Shown here: piece by piece, positions 11,345 to 20,413 of the stretch | Position numbering within the stretch: the first letter of the stretch is position 1 | Layout: every line of letters starts with the position of its first letter | Assembly: GCA_002238705.1 (NCBI GenBank) | Contig: MPMW01000002.1 | Coordinates: 462-64,461 of the forward strand | Source of the DNA: Acidobacteria bacterium bin61 | Lineage (GTDB): Bacteria > Acidobacteriota > Vicinamibacteria > Marinacidobacterales > Marinacidobacteraceae | Direction of reading: 5' to 3' | DNA: 64,000 nt | Position numbers and translations under genes: made by a program | The notes under the pieces: model-generated | What the model saw: the letters and a program-made list of their open reading frames with translations, nothing else | Databases searched by the model: none | Told to the model about the DNA's origin: nothing

Positions 11345-12766
11345 CTACTCGGCGCGAGCCCGTGGCCGTCGCCTGGGGCTGGCTGCCGTCCGTTCGCCGG
11401 CACGCTCCAGTAGCGCCAGCAGTTCGTCGCGGCGGTCCTCGGCGAGTCCTTCGCGGTACGCCTCCAGGGTGAGCCGCATCACGGGTTCGGTGTTCGATGG
11501 CCGAAGGGTGAAGCGCCAGTCGGGAAAGTCCATCGTGAGTCCGTCCAGCGTGTCGACCCTCCCGCCCGGGAAGCTCTCGCGCACCAGGTCGAACGCGGCC
11601 GCCGGGTCGGGAACCACCCGGCTTTCCTCGTCGACAGTGAAATAGCGCCGGCGCAGGTCGCCCGCCAGCTCCGAGAGGGACCTTCCCGAGTCCCGGATAC
11701 GCTCGATCATGAGCAGGATGGGCAGCAAGGCGTTGTCCGCGTAGCCGGCGGCTCGAAAGAAGAAGTGCCCGCTGAGTTCTCCCCCGAATCGGGCGTCCTC
11801 CTGTCGCATCCGGCGCTTCAGGTAGGCGTGTCCGACACGGCCGGCGCGGGGTCGGCCGCCGGCTCGCGTCACCTCGTCCGGCACCGCCCGGGAGGACCGC
11901 AGGTCGAACACGATCGGAGTGCCCGGCTCCTTGGCGATCTCGGCAGGAGCCAGCAAGGCTGTCGTGAAGTCTCCGGGAATGTGCCCTCCCTGGTCGTCCA
12001 CGAAAACACAACGATCCGCATCCCCGTCCCACAGGACACCGAAGTCGGCGCCCTCCTCAAGGACCCGGCGCCGGAGAGGCTCCCGGTTTCGGGGATCAAG
12101 AGGGTTGGCGCCGCGGCTCGGGAAGTGGCCGTCGGGCCGGAACTGCACCGCCAGAAACTCTCCGGGGACGGCGGAGAAGACCTCGGCCGCCATGAGACCC
12201 CCCATCCCGTGGCCGGCGTCGAGCACCACGCGGAGCGCCGGGAGGGAACGGAAGTCGACCACGCTTTCCAAAAACGCCCGGTAGTCGCCGGCGATATCGC
12301 GTGGTGGTCCCGTCTCCGGGTCCTCGGGCAGGTCGGCTGGCGGCCCCGGAACTTCGTCGACGAGCCGCCGGATGTCCGGCAGTCCGTTCTCCTGGAAAAC
12401 CGGGGCGGCATCGCGCTCCACGAGCTTGATGCCGTTGTCGCCGGGCGGGTTGTGGGAGGCCGTGATCACGGCCCCGCCGTCCAGGCGGTCATGCCGGACG
12501 GCAAACCACATGGCGTCCGTCGGCAACATGCCGTAGTCGAAGATCTCGACGTTCGGCGCCTCCAGGCCCGCTCGGAACGCCCGGGCGAGCGCCGGACTGG
12601 TGAGCCGGGCGTCGCGCGCCATGCCGATTCGTCCGCCGCCAAGCCAGGTGGCGAACGCTCGGCCGACCCGCCACGCGAGTGACGGAGACAATGGCTCCGG
12701 CGCCGCCCCACGGATGTCGTAGGCCTTGAACAGCCCGGCTTCAGCGGGGTTCAGTTCTTGAGCCAT
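11345..12766 (-). CDS. phosphomannomutase/phosphoglucomutase (alpha-D-phosphohexomutase family)
   Basis: LFKAYDIRG N-terminus, active-site TASHNPPGDNGIKL, and an FGGELSGH-type sugar-binding loop. ATG at 12764-12766. Overlaps the upstream NTP-transferase gene by 16 nt. Confidence 0.85.
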   Translation of the reverse strand: MAQELNPAEAGLFKAYDIRGAAPEPLSPSLAWRVGRAFATWLGGGRIGMARDARLTSPALARAFRAGLEAPNVEIFDYGMLPTDAMWFAVRHDRLDGGAVITASHNPPGDNGIKLVERDAAPVFQENGLPDIRRLVDEVPGPPADLPEDPETGPPRDIAGDYRAFLESVVDFRSLPALRVVLDAGHGMGGLMAAEVFSAVPGEFLAVQFRPDGHFPSRGANPLDPRNREPLRRRVLEEGADFGVLWDGDADRCVFVDDQGGHIPGDFTTALLAPAEIAKEPGTPIVFDLRSSRAVPDEVTRAGGRPRAGRVGHAYLKRRMRQEDARFGGELSGHFFFRAAGYADNALLPILLMIERIRDSGRSLSELAGDLRRRYFTVDEESRVVPDPAAAFDLVRESFPGGRVDTLDGLTMDFPDWRFTLRPSNTEPVMRLTLEAYREGLAEDRRDELLALLERAGERTAASPRRRPRARAE

Positions 12767-13827
12767 GGAACGGTGCTGTGAGCGGCAACGGTGCTCTTGT
12801 CGCCGAGGACCGCCCCCGAGAGGGAGGCTCCCGGACCGATGAAACTGCTCACGCCCAGAATCGCCTCGGTCACGGTGGCGTCCTCGCTGATGCGGGTGTG
12901 CGCCCACAGGATCGAATCCCTTATGCGAGCGTTGGCCTCCACCCGCACCCGGCGCCCGAGCACCGCGTAGGGGCCGATCTCGGCTCCTTCGCGTACCTGT
13001 GTTTCGGGGCCCACCAGGGAGGGGCCGATCAGACGGGCGCCTGGGTGAACGGAGGCGGTTTCGTCCACGATGACGCCACCGGGATTGGGACGCCCGACTC
13101 CCGGAATCCGGATCTTGCCGTCGAGGGCGTCGCGGTGCGCCTGGCGGTAACGCGAGATGACCCCGATGTCCGTGAAGTAGCCCGCGTGCCGGTGCGCGGC
13201 GACCGGTCGCCCGGCCGCAACAACCGCGGGGAACACCTCGTGTTCCAGCGAGGACGCGCCCTTCCCGGGAAGGAACTCGAAGATGGCCGGGTCCATGACA
13301 TAGGCGCCCACGCTGATTTTGCCCGGCCCCGGCGAGTCCGGCTTCTCCGTGAATCTGACGACCCGCGGTGGTCCGCCGGTCGGGAGGTCTTCGGCCTCGA
13401 CGACTCCGTACGGCGACGCGTCGGCCACCTGGGTCAGCGCGAGCGTAAGGGTGGCGCGGGCGGATTCGTGACTCCCGACGAGCGCCCGAAAATCAAGATC
13501 GGTCAGTGCGTCGCCGTTCAGGCACACGAAAGGCTCGGAGAGCAGCGACTTCACGTGTCCGATGGCGCCTCCGGTACCGAGCGGTTTCGGCTCCACCGAG
13601 TAACGGAGGGACACCCCGAACGCGTTGCCGTCACCGAAGGTGGCCTCGATCCGCCGCGGGAGCGAGGCCAGGCAGAGAACGATGTCGGTGATCCCCGCCT
13701 TGCGAAGCAACTCGAACTGGGTGACGAGGAAGGGGCGGGTCAGGAGGGGGACGATCGCCTTGGGACGGCGAAAGGTCAGGGGGCGCAGCCGTAGCGCCTT
13801 CCCCCCGATGAGAATGACCGCCTTCAT
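12751..13827 (-). CDS. mannose-1-phosphate guanylyltransferase-like sugar nucleotidyltransferase with C-terminal left-handed beta-helix
   Basis: MKAVILIGGKALRLRPLTFRRPKAIVPL... is the NTP-transferase G-x-G-T-R-L motif family. C-terminal hexapeptide repeats are present. Adjacent to the PMM gene (manC/manB-like pair). Confidence 0.85.
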   Translation of the reverse strand: MKAVILIGGKALRLRPLTFRRPKAIVPLLTRPFLVTQFELLRKAGITDIVLCLASLPRRIEATFGDGNAFGVSLRYSVEPKPLGTGGAIGHVKSLLSEPFVCLNGDALTDLDFRALVGSHESARATLTLALTQVADASPYGVVEAEDLPTGGPPRVVRFTEKPDSPGPGKISVGAYVMDPAIFEFLPGKGASSLEHEVFPAVVAAGRPVAAHRHAGYFTDIGVISRYRQAHRDALDGKIRIPGVGRPNPGGVIVDETASVHPGARLIGPSLVGPETQVREGAEIGPYAVLGRRVRVEANARIRDSILWAHTRISEDATVTEAILGVSSFIGPGASLSGAVLGDKSTVAAHSTVPWLKN

Positions 13828-13930
13828 CGACAGTCGGACAGGATACTCCCCTCTTCACTGCTGCCCGCTCCTGATAGCATCCTTGGCCCGCGCTGCGGGC
13901 GCGGAGAACTCCTTCGAACGTGTGCCCGAG

Positions 13931-14464
13931 ATGAGCGTGGCGAACCGCCTCACGCTACTGCGGATATTGGTGACGCCGTTTGTCGCGGTGGCTTTGCTCG
14001 CGTCGTTCCCGGGCTGGCAGCTCGTGAGCGCCGGGCTGGTGGCCGGCGGGGCCTTGACCGATCTCCTGGATGGGCACATTGCCCGCCGCCGGAATCAGAT
14101 CACGGCGCTGGGGACACTGCTGGATCCGATCGCGGACAAGTTCTTCATTTCCACGATCTTCATATGTCTGGTGGATCGGGGGCTTTGTCCGGCCTGGGTC
14201 GCGATCGTGATCGTGGGGCGAGAGTTCGCCGTTACCGCGCTCAGGATGGTGGCGCTCCAGCGCGGCTCCAGCGTGCCGGTCAGTCTGCTCGGGAAGATCA
14301 AGATGCACGCTCAGGTGTACGCGGCGCTCCTGGTGCTGGGCGGGGCGTTCTATCCCGTTCTGGCCCCCTTCGGGGTGCTCGGCCTCTGGATCGCGGCCAT
14401 TCTGACGGCGTGGTCCGGCTTTTCCTACTTCGCCGGAGCACGGAGAGTCGCGCTCTCTGGCTGA
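13931..14464 (+). CDS. pgsA: CDP-alcohol phosphatidyltransferase (PgsA-like)
   Basis: 177 aa, ATG at 13931. Signature D-G-x2-A-R-x8-G-x3-D-x3-D: TDLLDGHIARRRNQITALGTLLDPIADK. Multiple TM segments. Confidence 0.8.
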   Translation: MSVANRLTLLRILVTPFVAVALLASFPGWQLVSAGLVAGGALTDLLDGHIARRRNQITALGTLLDPIADKFFISTIFICLVDRGLCPAWVAIVIVGREFAVTALRMVALQRGSSVPVSLLGKIKMHAQVYAALLVLGGAFYPVLAPFGVLGLWIAAILTAWSGFSYFAGARRVALSG

Positions 14465-14504
14465 ACGATCCGCCAGCGGGACGATCTTCTCCCCGCGCCG
14501 CCTG

Positions 14505-14924
14505 GTGCCCGTCCTGCCCGATGTCTTCCTGGGGGCGGACGCGGTGGCGAGCCTGGACGGATCCCGCGGGTTCCTCTACGGCGAAAAGCGTCACGGGCAG
14601 GTGGATGTCTTGGGGTTCGAGCCGGCTCCGGAAGAGTTGTGCCGGCCGGAGACGCTCGACGCTCTGGCCGCGCGGCGGCTCGACCGCTCCGAGATTCACG
14701 GATGGCGTATCGTCGGGGTCGCAGTGGAGACGGCGGACCTCGAAGGTGGTGCGAAGCCGCTACTGCAGGGCCTGGTGGCGGGTGACGTGGTGGTCGCCGG
14801 CGGGGGTGCCCGGCAGGCTTGCGGGGCCGGCAGCGATTCTGACGGGAGGGAAGAGCTCAGGATTCTGATCCATCGCGGCGACTGCCTCGCCCAGGTGCGT
14901 GCTCCGCGTCCCACCGGCTTCTAA
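14505..14924 (+). CDS. hypothetical protein
   Basis: 139-aa ORF fills the pgsA–bamD gap. No recognisable motif. Codon-position GC bias is plausible but not conclusive. Confidence 0.3.
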   Translation: MPVLPDVFLGADAVASLDGSRGFLYGEKRHGQVDVLGFEPAPEELCRPETLDALAARRLDRSEIHGWRIVGVAVETADLEGGAKPLLQGLVAGDVVVAGGGARQACGAGSDSDGREELRILIHRGDCLAQVRAPRPTGF

Positions 14925-15017
14925 GGGACTTCGAAATCGAGCCGCCGGCGGCGCCGGCCCTGGTGTCCGTGGGCCGGGCGGTGTCGTTCGGACCCCACCG
15001 GCGCCGGCTCGGCTGGT

Positions 15018-15824
15018 TCAGGTTCGGGCGAGGATCTGGCGAATGCGTTCGCGGGCCGCCTCGGTGTAAGGACTTTCCGAGTGCTCTTCCACGATCTTCT
15101 GGTAATGGACCAGAGCCTCCTGCTCGCGGCCGCATGCGGTGAGCGCCTGGCCCAATCGGTGGCGCACTTCGGCGAGACGGTCGAAGTCGGGGTAGTCCGT
15201 CAAGATCTCTTCGAGCCGGGGGATGGCGCCCCGGCACCAGTTCCGATGGTCCTGGTAGAACTCGGCCTTCAGCAGCACGGAGGTGGCGAGGTCGTTCTTG
15301 CACTCCGCCAGATGAACCCGCGCGTCCTCGGCGTAACGGGAGTTGGGATAGAGGTCGAGGAGCTTGTCGAACTCGGTGGCCGCCAACTCGGTGTCCTCCT
15401 GGTCGCGGTCGGCGCTGCGGCGCCGCTTGAAGTGTCCGAATGCGATCTGGAACTGCGCGTAATCCGCACGCGGATGGTTGGGGAAGAACGTCAGATAGTC
15501 CCGGTATTCCGTGGCCGCCAGGAGCGCGTTCTGGGCGCCGCGCTGGTTGTAGTAGGTGTCCGCGATCCCCAGGCGGGCGTCCCCGGCGAACTGGCTGCGC
15601 GGATAGCTGTCGAGCAACTGACGGAACCAGGTGCGGGCCGTCTCCCAATCACGATCCTCAAGGCTCTGTTGCCCAAGCGCCAGGAGCCGCCGGTCAGCCT
15701 GGGCACCGGTCGGAACCTCGCCGAGGGGACGGGAACTGCACGCGAGGCCCGCCAGGACGATGGCTACCGCCAGGGCCCGGGGAAGAAAGCTCCGGCGGTA
15801 GGAACCGGCGGGGTCAGAGATCAT
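15018..15824 (-). CDS. bamD: outer membrane protein assembly factor BamD (TPR lipoprotein)
   Basis: ATG at 15822-15824 gives MISDPAGSYRRSFLPRALAVAIVLAGLACSS (lipobox LAGLAC|S). TPR repeats follow (ARTWFRQLLDSYPRSQFAGDARLGIADTYY...). The ORF track extends spuriously upstream. Confidence 0.8.
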   Translation of the reverse strand: MISDPAGSYRRSFLPRALAVAIVLAGLACSSRPLGEVPTGAQADRRLLALGQQSLEDRDWETARTWFRQLLDSYPRSQFAGDARLGIADTYYNQRGAQNALLAATEYRDYLTFFPNHPRADYAQFQIAFGHFKRRRSADRDQEDTELAATEFDKLLDLYPNSRYAEDARVHLAECKNDLATSVLLKAEFYQDHRNWCRGAIPRLEEILTDYPDFDRLAEVRHRLGQALTACGREQEALVHYQKIVEEHSESPYTEAARERIRQILART

Positions 15825-15990
15825 GCAAAGAAGCGGAAAAGCCGCAGCCGGCGAAATGCTAGCGCTTGACCGGAACGCCTTCACGGGGGACCTGCCCCGA
15901 ATGGCGAGACGCCCCGGCCGTCCCCGCCCGGAGAGGCGGTCGCACTGTTCATCGCTCCGCTGCCGCCGGAAGAGCCCCGGCATTCCTCGC

Positions 15991-16431
15991 TCACACCGCG
16001 CCCGCATCGCGAGCCCGACCGTCTTCGGTGCTCCCGTCCTCTTCTCCACCGGCGGTCAGCGCGTTCCTGACCGCTTCGGGAAGCCTCCGGGCTCGACCCC
16101 CGGGCCCTACTGCCGCGTGCCGCGTCGTGGCGGTCGCCACCAGCACGCCGTCGCGAGCGCGCAGCACGCGGTATTCGAACCCGATGCCGGAGCGCCGGTA
16201 CCCGTGTGCCGTCGCTTCCACGATCAGATCGTCGTCGTAGCGGACCGGCCGCAGGTAGCGGCATCGCACCTCGATCACCGGCAGATGGACTCCGGCTGCT
16301 TCCAGCTCCCGGTAGGGGAGGGCGTGCTTTCGCAACCAACCGGTTCGCGCCACTTCGAGCCAGGGAAGGTAGGCGCCGTGATACCCCACTCCCATCTGGT
16401 CGGTCTCCGCGTAGCGCACGCGGATCGACAC
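15991..16431 (-). CDS. acyl-CoA thioesterase, YbgC/4HBT (hotdog) family
   Basis: VSIRVRYAETDQMGVGYHGAYLPWLEVARTGWL...IEVRCRYLRPVRYDDDLIVEATAH is the hotdog thioesterase signature. Start set at a GTG (no ATG is available); start uncertain. Confidence 0.7.
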   Translation of the reverse strand: MSIRVRYAETDQMGVGYHGAYLPWLEVARTGWLRKHALPYRELEAAGVHLPVIEVRCRYLRPVRYDDDLIVEATAHGYRRSGIGFEYRVLRARDGVLVATATTRHAAVGPGGRARRLPEAVRNALTAGGEEDGSTEDGRARDAGAV

Positions 16432-16567
16432 CCGCGCAGGCGGACTGGATTCCGCGGCCGGGCTCTCGGTAGGTAGCGGGTTGTCCGAAGCGGTCAAGGA
16501 CGTCGGCCCGTCCGGTCGCAAAACGGGGTGGGAGCCCCCCGGAGCCCGGCGCCGCTCGATGGATGCG

Positions 16568-17212
16568 TCACGCGGTGAGCATCTCCCGGACCGCTGCTGC
16601 CGGATCGGCGGCGCCGAACACCGCCGACCCCGCCACCGCCACGTCGGCGCCGGCTTCGCGGGCCGCCTCGATGCGGGAGGCATTGATACCGCCATCCACC
16701 ACGATTTCGAGTGATGGGTTGCATCGCTCGGCGAGCCGGCGAACCTGGCGGATCCGGTCCATGCTTCCATCGATGAAGCGCTGCCCGCCCCAACCGGGAT
16801 TGACCGACATGACGATCGCGTAATCGACGGCGCCGAGCGCCTCCTCGATGGATCCCAGCGGGGACAGTGGGTTGATGGCGAGCCCGGGGCGGACATCGAG
16901 GGCCCGCAGATCCGAAAGCGTCTTGTGGAGATGGGGTACGGCTTCGGGATGCACCGCAATCGCGTCCGCTCCGGCGTCCGCATAGGCCCTGATGTGTTCC
17001 GGGGCATTCTCGATCATCAGGTGTGCGTCGAGTGGCAGATCGGTGCAGCGGCGTACCGCCGCCACCACCATCGGCCCAAAGGTGAGGTTGGGGACGTAGT
17101 GCCCGTCCATGACGTCGAGGTGCAGCCCGTGCGCTCCCGCCTTTTCCACCGTCCGGATCTCTTCCGCCAGACGGGTGAAGTCGGCGGACAGCAGGGAAGG
17201 CGTAATCCGCAT
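16568..17212 (-). CDS. rpe: ribulose-phosphate 3-epimerase
   Basis: MRITPSLLSADFTRLAEEIRTVEKAGAHGLHLDVMDGHYVPNLTFGP...VDGGI is the canonical Rpe. ATG at 17210-17212. Confidence 0.95.
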   Translation of the reverse strand: MRITPSLLSADFTRLAEEIRTVEKAGAHGLHLDVMDGHYVPNLTFGPMVVAAVRRCTDLPLDAHLMIENAPEHIRAYADAGADAIAVHPEAVPHLHKTLSDLRALDVRPGLAINPLSPLGSIEEALGAVDYAIVMSVNPGWGGQRFIDGSMDRIRQVRRLAERCNPSLEIVVDGGINASRIEAAREAGADVAVAGSAVFGAADPAAAVREMLTA

Positions 17213-17225
17213 TCGGATCTTGAAT

Positions 17226-17990
17226 TTACCGGCTAAGCGTGAGCACGATCCGGTCGGTGCGGCTTACCTTGGCGCCCGCGGCGGGCACCTGATCCACGAC
17301 GATCCCCGCCGGGACGCCCCGGTAGGGGACCCTGCGGACGTCGCGGACGCGGACGGCGCCCCGGCTCAGGTCATCGGCGATTTCTCCGTAGCGGCGGCCA
17401 ATGAAGTCCGGCATGACGAAGGATTCGGGCTCCGACCCCGCCGAGAGAAGCACCGAAACCGACGTGTCCGGAACCGTTTCGCTGTAGGCCACCGGAGATT
17501 GGGCGATGACCCGGCCGGCGAGATAGGTGTCGCTTTCCACCTCGGCGACCCGGCCCACGGTGAGTTCCGCGGCCTCGAGCGCCCGCCGAGCCTCGGTGAG
17601 GGTGCTGCCCTCGAGTCGCGGCACCACGCGCCGGGTCGGCCCGAGGCTGCGGAACACCCGGACGGAACGGCCCCGTTTGAAGAACGCGCCCGGGGACGGC
17701 TCCTGGAAGACAATGCGACCCTCCGGAACCTGGTCATCGAAGCGCGCCTGCCCCTCCGCCAGCCGAAGCCCGACGCTGCCGAGGACAGCTTCGGCGGCGG
17801 CCACTTCGAGGCCGGTGAGGTCGGGGACCGCAGGGTCGGCGGCTGAGGAGGCGATCAGGAACGTTGCCGCGGTTGCGAAGGCAAAGGTGGCGCCGAGCAG
17901 CGAGCCGATCAGCAGGTAGTAGAGACCCCGTGACAGACGTGAAGCAGAGGGGCTTCGGCTGCGTGCCAGGCGGATCCGGAAACTGCCCAA
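17226..17990 (-). CDS. membrane-anchored PASTA-domain protein (three PASTA repeats, no kinase or PBP domain)
   Basis: One TM segment (LYYLLIGSLLGATFAFATAATFLIA) is followed by three ~65-aa repeats. Each starts V/MPDLTGL.../VPRLEGSTLTEARRALEAAELTV/MPDFIGRRYGEIADDL, typical of PASTA. The start codon is a TTG (uncertain). Confidence 0.75.
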   Translation of the reverse strand: MGSFRIRLARSRSPSASRLSRGLYYLLIGSLLGATFAFATAATFLIASSAADPAVPDLTGLEVAAAEAVLGSVGLRLAEGQARFDDQVPEGRIVFQEPSPGAFFKRGRSVRVFRSLGPTRRVVPRLEGSTLTEARRALEAAELTVGRVAEVESDTYLAGRVIAQSPVAYSETVPDTSVSVLLSAGSEPESFVMPDFIGRRYGEIADDLSRGAVRVRDVRRVPYRGVPAGIVVDQVPAAGAKVSRTDRIVLTLSR

Positions 17991-18082
17991 GTGGTACTAC
18001 CTGCCGGAAGTGTAGTGGCCCGCCCGGGGTTTCCCGAGCGACCTGCGCGGTGGTCTGGCGGGTCGGACCGCGCCCGCAGGGT

Positions 18083-19504
18083 TCAGGTGTCCGTGCGCTG
18101 CAGGAGCGCCGCGAAATAGCCGTCGGTTCCGTGCTGTTCGGGCGCTACCCGAAGCGCCCCGTCCTCGTCGATGAGCGAGGCCAGGGCGTCCGGCACGCGA
18201 TCCGCCAGGGATTTCTGGCGGAGGCCGGGCTTTTCGGCGAGCACACCGCGTACGGCGTCAGTGGTCTCCTCCGGCTCCAGTGAGCAGGCGGCATAGAGCA
18301 GCATGCCACCGGGGCTGAGGAGATCGGCCGCCGCCCGGGCGATACGGCCCCCGGTTTCGGAGAGAGCGGCGAGGCGCGCGGTCGAGGCCGTCCACTTGAT
18401 GTCGGGATTTCGCGAGAGGGTCCCGAGGCCGCTACAGGGAACGTCCAGCAGAATCCGGTCGAAAGTCGCCGCCCCGAAGGGCGGACGGGAAGCGTCGGCG
18501 GCGAGCTGCAACACGTTGCCTGCCGAGAGACGCCGGACCGTATCGCCCAGGAGCGCCACCCGGGCCGGGCGGAGGTCGGCGGCGAACAGCGGCCGCGGCT
18601 CGACGCGCTCGGCGAGAATCGTGGCTTTCCCTCCCGGCGCGGCGCACGCATCGAGACACCGGCGGGCCCCGTCCAGCGGAAGCAACCAGGCCACGAGCTG
18701 CGATCCCGCATCCTGGATGTGAAGGGCGCCCTCGCGGTACGGCGCCGTGTCCTGCGGATTGCCTCTCGTGATCCTGAGGCAGCGGGGCGCGATCGGAAAG
18801 CGTTCCGTCTCCACTCCATCGTCCCGAAGTCGCTTCCGCACTTCGTCCAGCGAGAACCGGCGGTTCACCCGCAGGAAGACCGTTGGGGAGCGGTTGTTGG
18901 CTTCGAGCCGCCGTCTCGCGCCTTCGGCTCCGAGTTGCTGCAGGTAGCGGTCCACCATCCAGTCCGGGTGTGACAGTCCGGTGCGCAGATAGAGGCCGCG
19001 GTCGCCGGCCCGGTGGGGCCACGCGTGATCGGCCCGCAGATAGGCTCGCAGGACGGCGTTGACCAGCCCCGCGGCGCCCGGTTTCGCGGAGGCGGTGGCG
19101 AGTGACACCGACTCGTGGACCGCGGCGCTGGCCGGCACCCGATCCAGGTAGCGGAGCTGATAGAGGCCGAGCCGGAGCGCGGTCCGCACCGGGAGATCGA
19201 GCTTTGCGACCGGCCGGCGCGAGTAGGTGTCGAGGGCGTAGTCGAGCGCGCGCCTCCACCGCAGGACACCGAAAACGAGTTCTCTGGCGAGCGCCCGGTC
19301 TCGGCTTCCGGGAGGCTTCCCCTGTGCGTCTTCGAGGCGGGCGATCAAGGCGTCGGGGCGTGGCGGGAGGGGCCGATCCCGGGTGGGCTCCAGCCGCAGG
19401 AGGACCGCGAAGGCGGCGCGCCGGGCCGGAGAGGCGGGACCTGCGGGCCGGGCAGGGCGCTTTTGCCCGCGCCTGCCGGTCTCTTTGCGAGGGGGCCGGG
19501 ACAT
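18083..19504 (-). CDS. rsmB: 16S rRNA (cytosine967-C5)-methyltransferase RsmB/Sun
   Basis: NusB-like N-terminus. SAM site LDACAAPGGKAT and catalytic PCSG motif (DVPCSGLGTLSRNPD). ATG at 19502-19504, abutting the GDPD stop. Confidence 0.9.
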   Translation of the reverse strand: MSRPPRKETGRRGQKRPARPAGPASPARRAAFAVLLRLEPTRDRPLPPRPDALIARLEDAQGKPPGSRDRALARELVFGVLRWRRALDYALDTYSRRPVAKLDLPVRTALRLGLYQLRYLDRVPASAAVHESVSLATASAKPGAAGLVNAVLRAYLRADHAWPHRAGDRGLYLRTGLSHPDWMVDRYLQQLGAEGARRRLEANNRSPTVFLRVNRRFSLDEVRKRLRDDGVETERFPIAPRCLRITRGNPQDTAPYREGALHIQDAGSQLVAWLLPLDGARRCLDACAAPGGKATILAERVEPRPLFAADLRPARVALLGDTVRRLSAGNVLQLAADASRPPFGAATFDRILLDVPCSGLGTLSRNPDIKWTASTARLAALSETGGRIARAAADLLSPGGMLLYAACSLEPEETTDAVRGVLAEKPGLRQKSLADRVPDALASLIDEDGALRVAPEQHGTDGYFAALLQRTDT

Positions 19505-19505
19505 G

Positions 19506-20399
19506 TCAGCGGAAGGCGGCGAGGACCGCCGCGAGCGTTGCCGGATCATCGGTGAGGATCCCGTCCACTCCCAGCCCGAGAAGGCGCTCCATGTCCTGGG
19601 CCTGGTTCACCGTCCAGACCAGCACCGGAAGTCCGGCCTGGCGGGCAGAGCGCAACAGGTGGGGCGTCACCACCCGGAGCGGTCCGCTGGTCTCGCTGAC
19701 GAGCAGCGCATCGAAGGGCGGGTCGTAGAGGCCGGCGATCCGCCCGAGCGACATGGCGAGGAAGATCACGACTTCCCGGAAGGAACCTCCCGTCGCCACT
19801 GTAGGGCAGCCGGCCCGGAAGCGGTCCAGGGATTCGCGGCCGAAAGCGGCGACCAGGGTTCGGCTTTCCCGCCCGGCGTCCCGGATCGCGCGGCAAAGCG
19901 GCTCCGCCGTTTCGGGGGTCTTCATTTCGACCACGAGACGAAGGCCCGGATGCGCCTTCTGGACTTCCTCGAAGGTCGGCACGGCAAGGCGTTCCTCCCG
20001 ATAGGGGAAGCCATTGTCCGGTCCCCGAAAGTGATGGCCGGCATTCAGGGAGCGCAACTCCTCCAGGCGGAGATCCGCGACCGCACCGCTCCCGTCGGTG
20101 GTGCGGTCCACCGTTCGGTCGTGGATGACGACGAGCGCGCCGTCTGCGCTCAGCCGGACATCCATCTCCAGGACGTCCGCCCCCGCGCTGGCGGCCGCCG
20201 CAAATGCCGCCAGGGTGGCCTCGGGAGCCAGCATGCCGCCACCGCGGTGCGCGACGTTTCGGGCGGGCGCCGCGAAGAAGTCGTGAGTCGACCTCGGGGG
20301 CCGGTTGCTCGCCACGGCGACCAGCAGTCCGTAACCCGCGGCGAGGACCGCGACCGTGCCGGCCAGGAGAAAAACGATGCGTCGCAGTTGGAGGCGCAT
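19506..20399 (-). CDS. glycerophosphodiester phosphodiesterase (GDPD family), membrane anchored
   Basis: ATG at 20397-20399 gives MRLQLRRIVFLLAGTVAVLAAGYGLLVAVA (TM anchor). Then the GDPD catalytic region VAHRGG...LEMDVRLSADGALVVIHD and C-terminal WTVN. Confidence 0.85.
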   Translation of the reverse strand: MRLQLRRIVFLLAGTVAVLAAGYGLLVAVASNRPPRSTHDFFAAPARNVAHRGGGMLAPEATLAAFAAAASAGADVLEMDVRLSADGALVVIHDRTVDRTTDGSGAVADLRLEELRSLNAGHHFRGPDNGFPYREERLAVPTFEEVQKAHPGLRLVVEMKTPETAEPLCRAIRDAGRESRTLVAAFGRESLDRFRAGCPTVATGGSFREVVIFLAMSLGRIAGLYDPPFDALLVSETSGPLRVVTPHLLRSARQAGLPVLVWTVNQAQDMERLLGLGVDGILTDDPATLAAVLAAFR

Positions 20400-20413
20400 G
20401 GATCCTGGATGGG

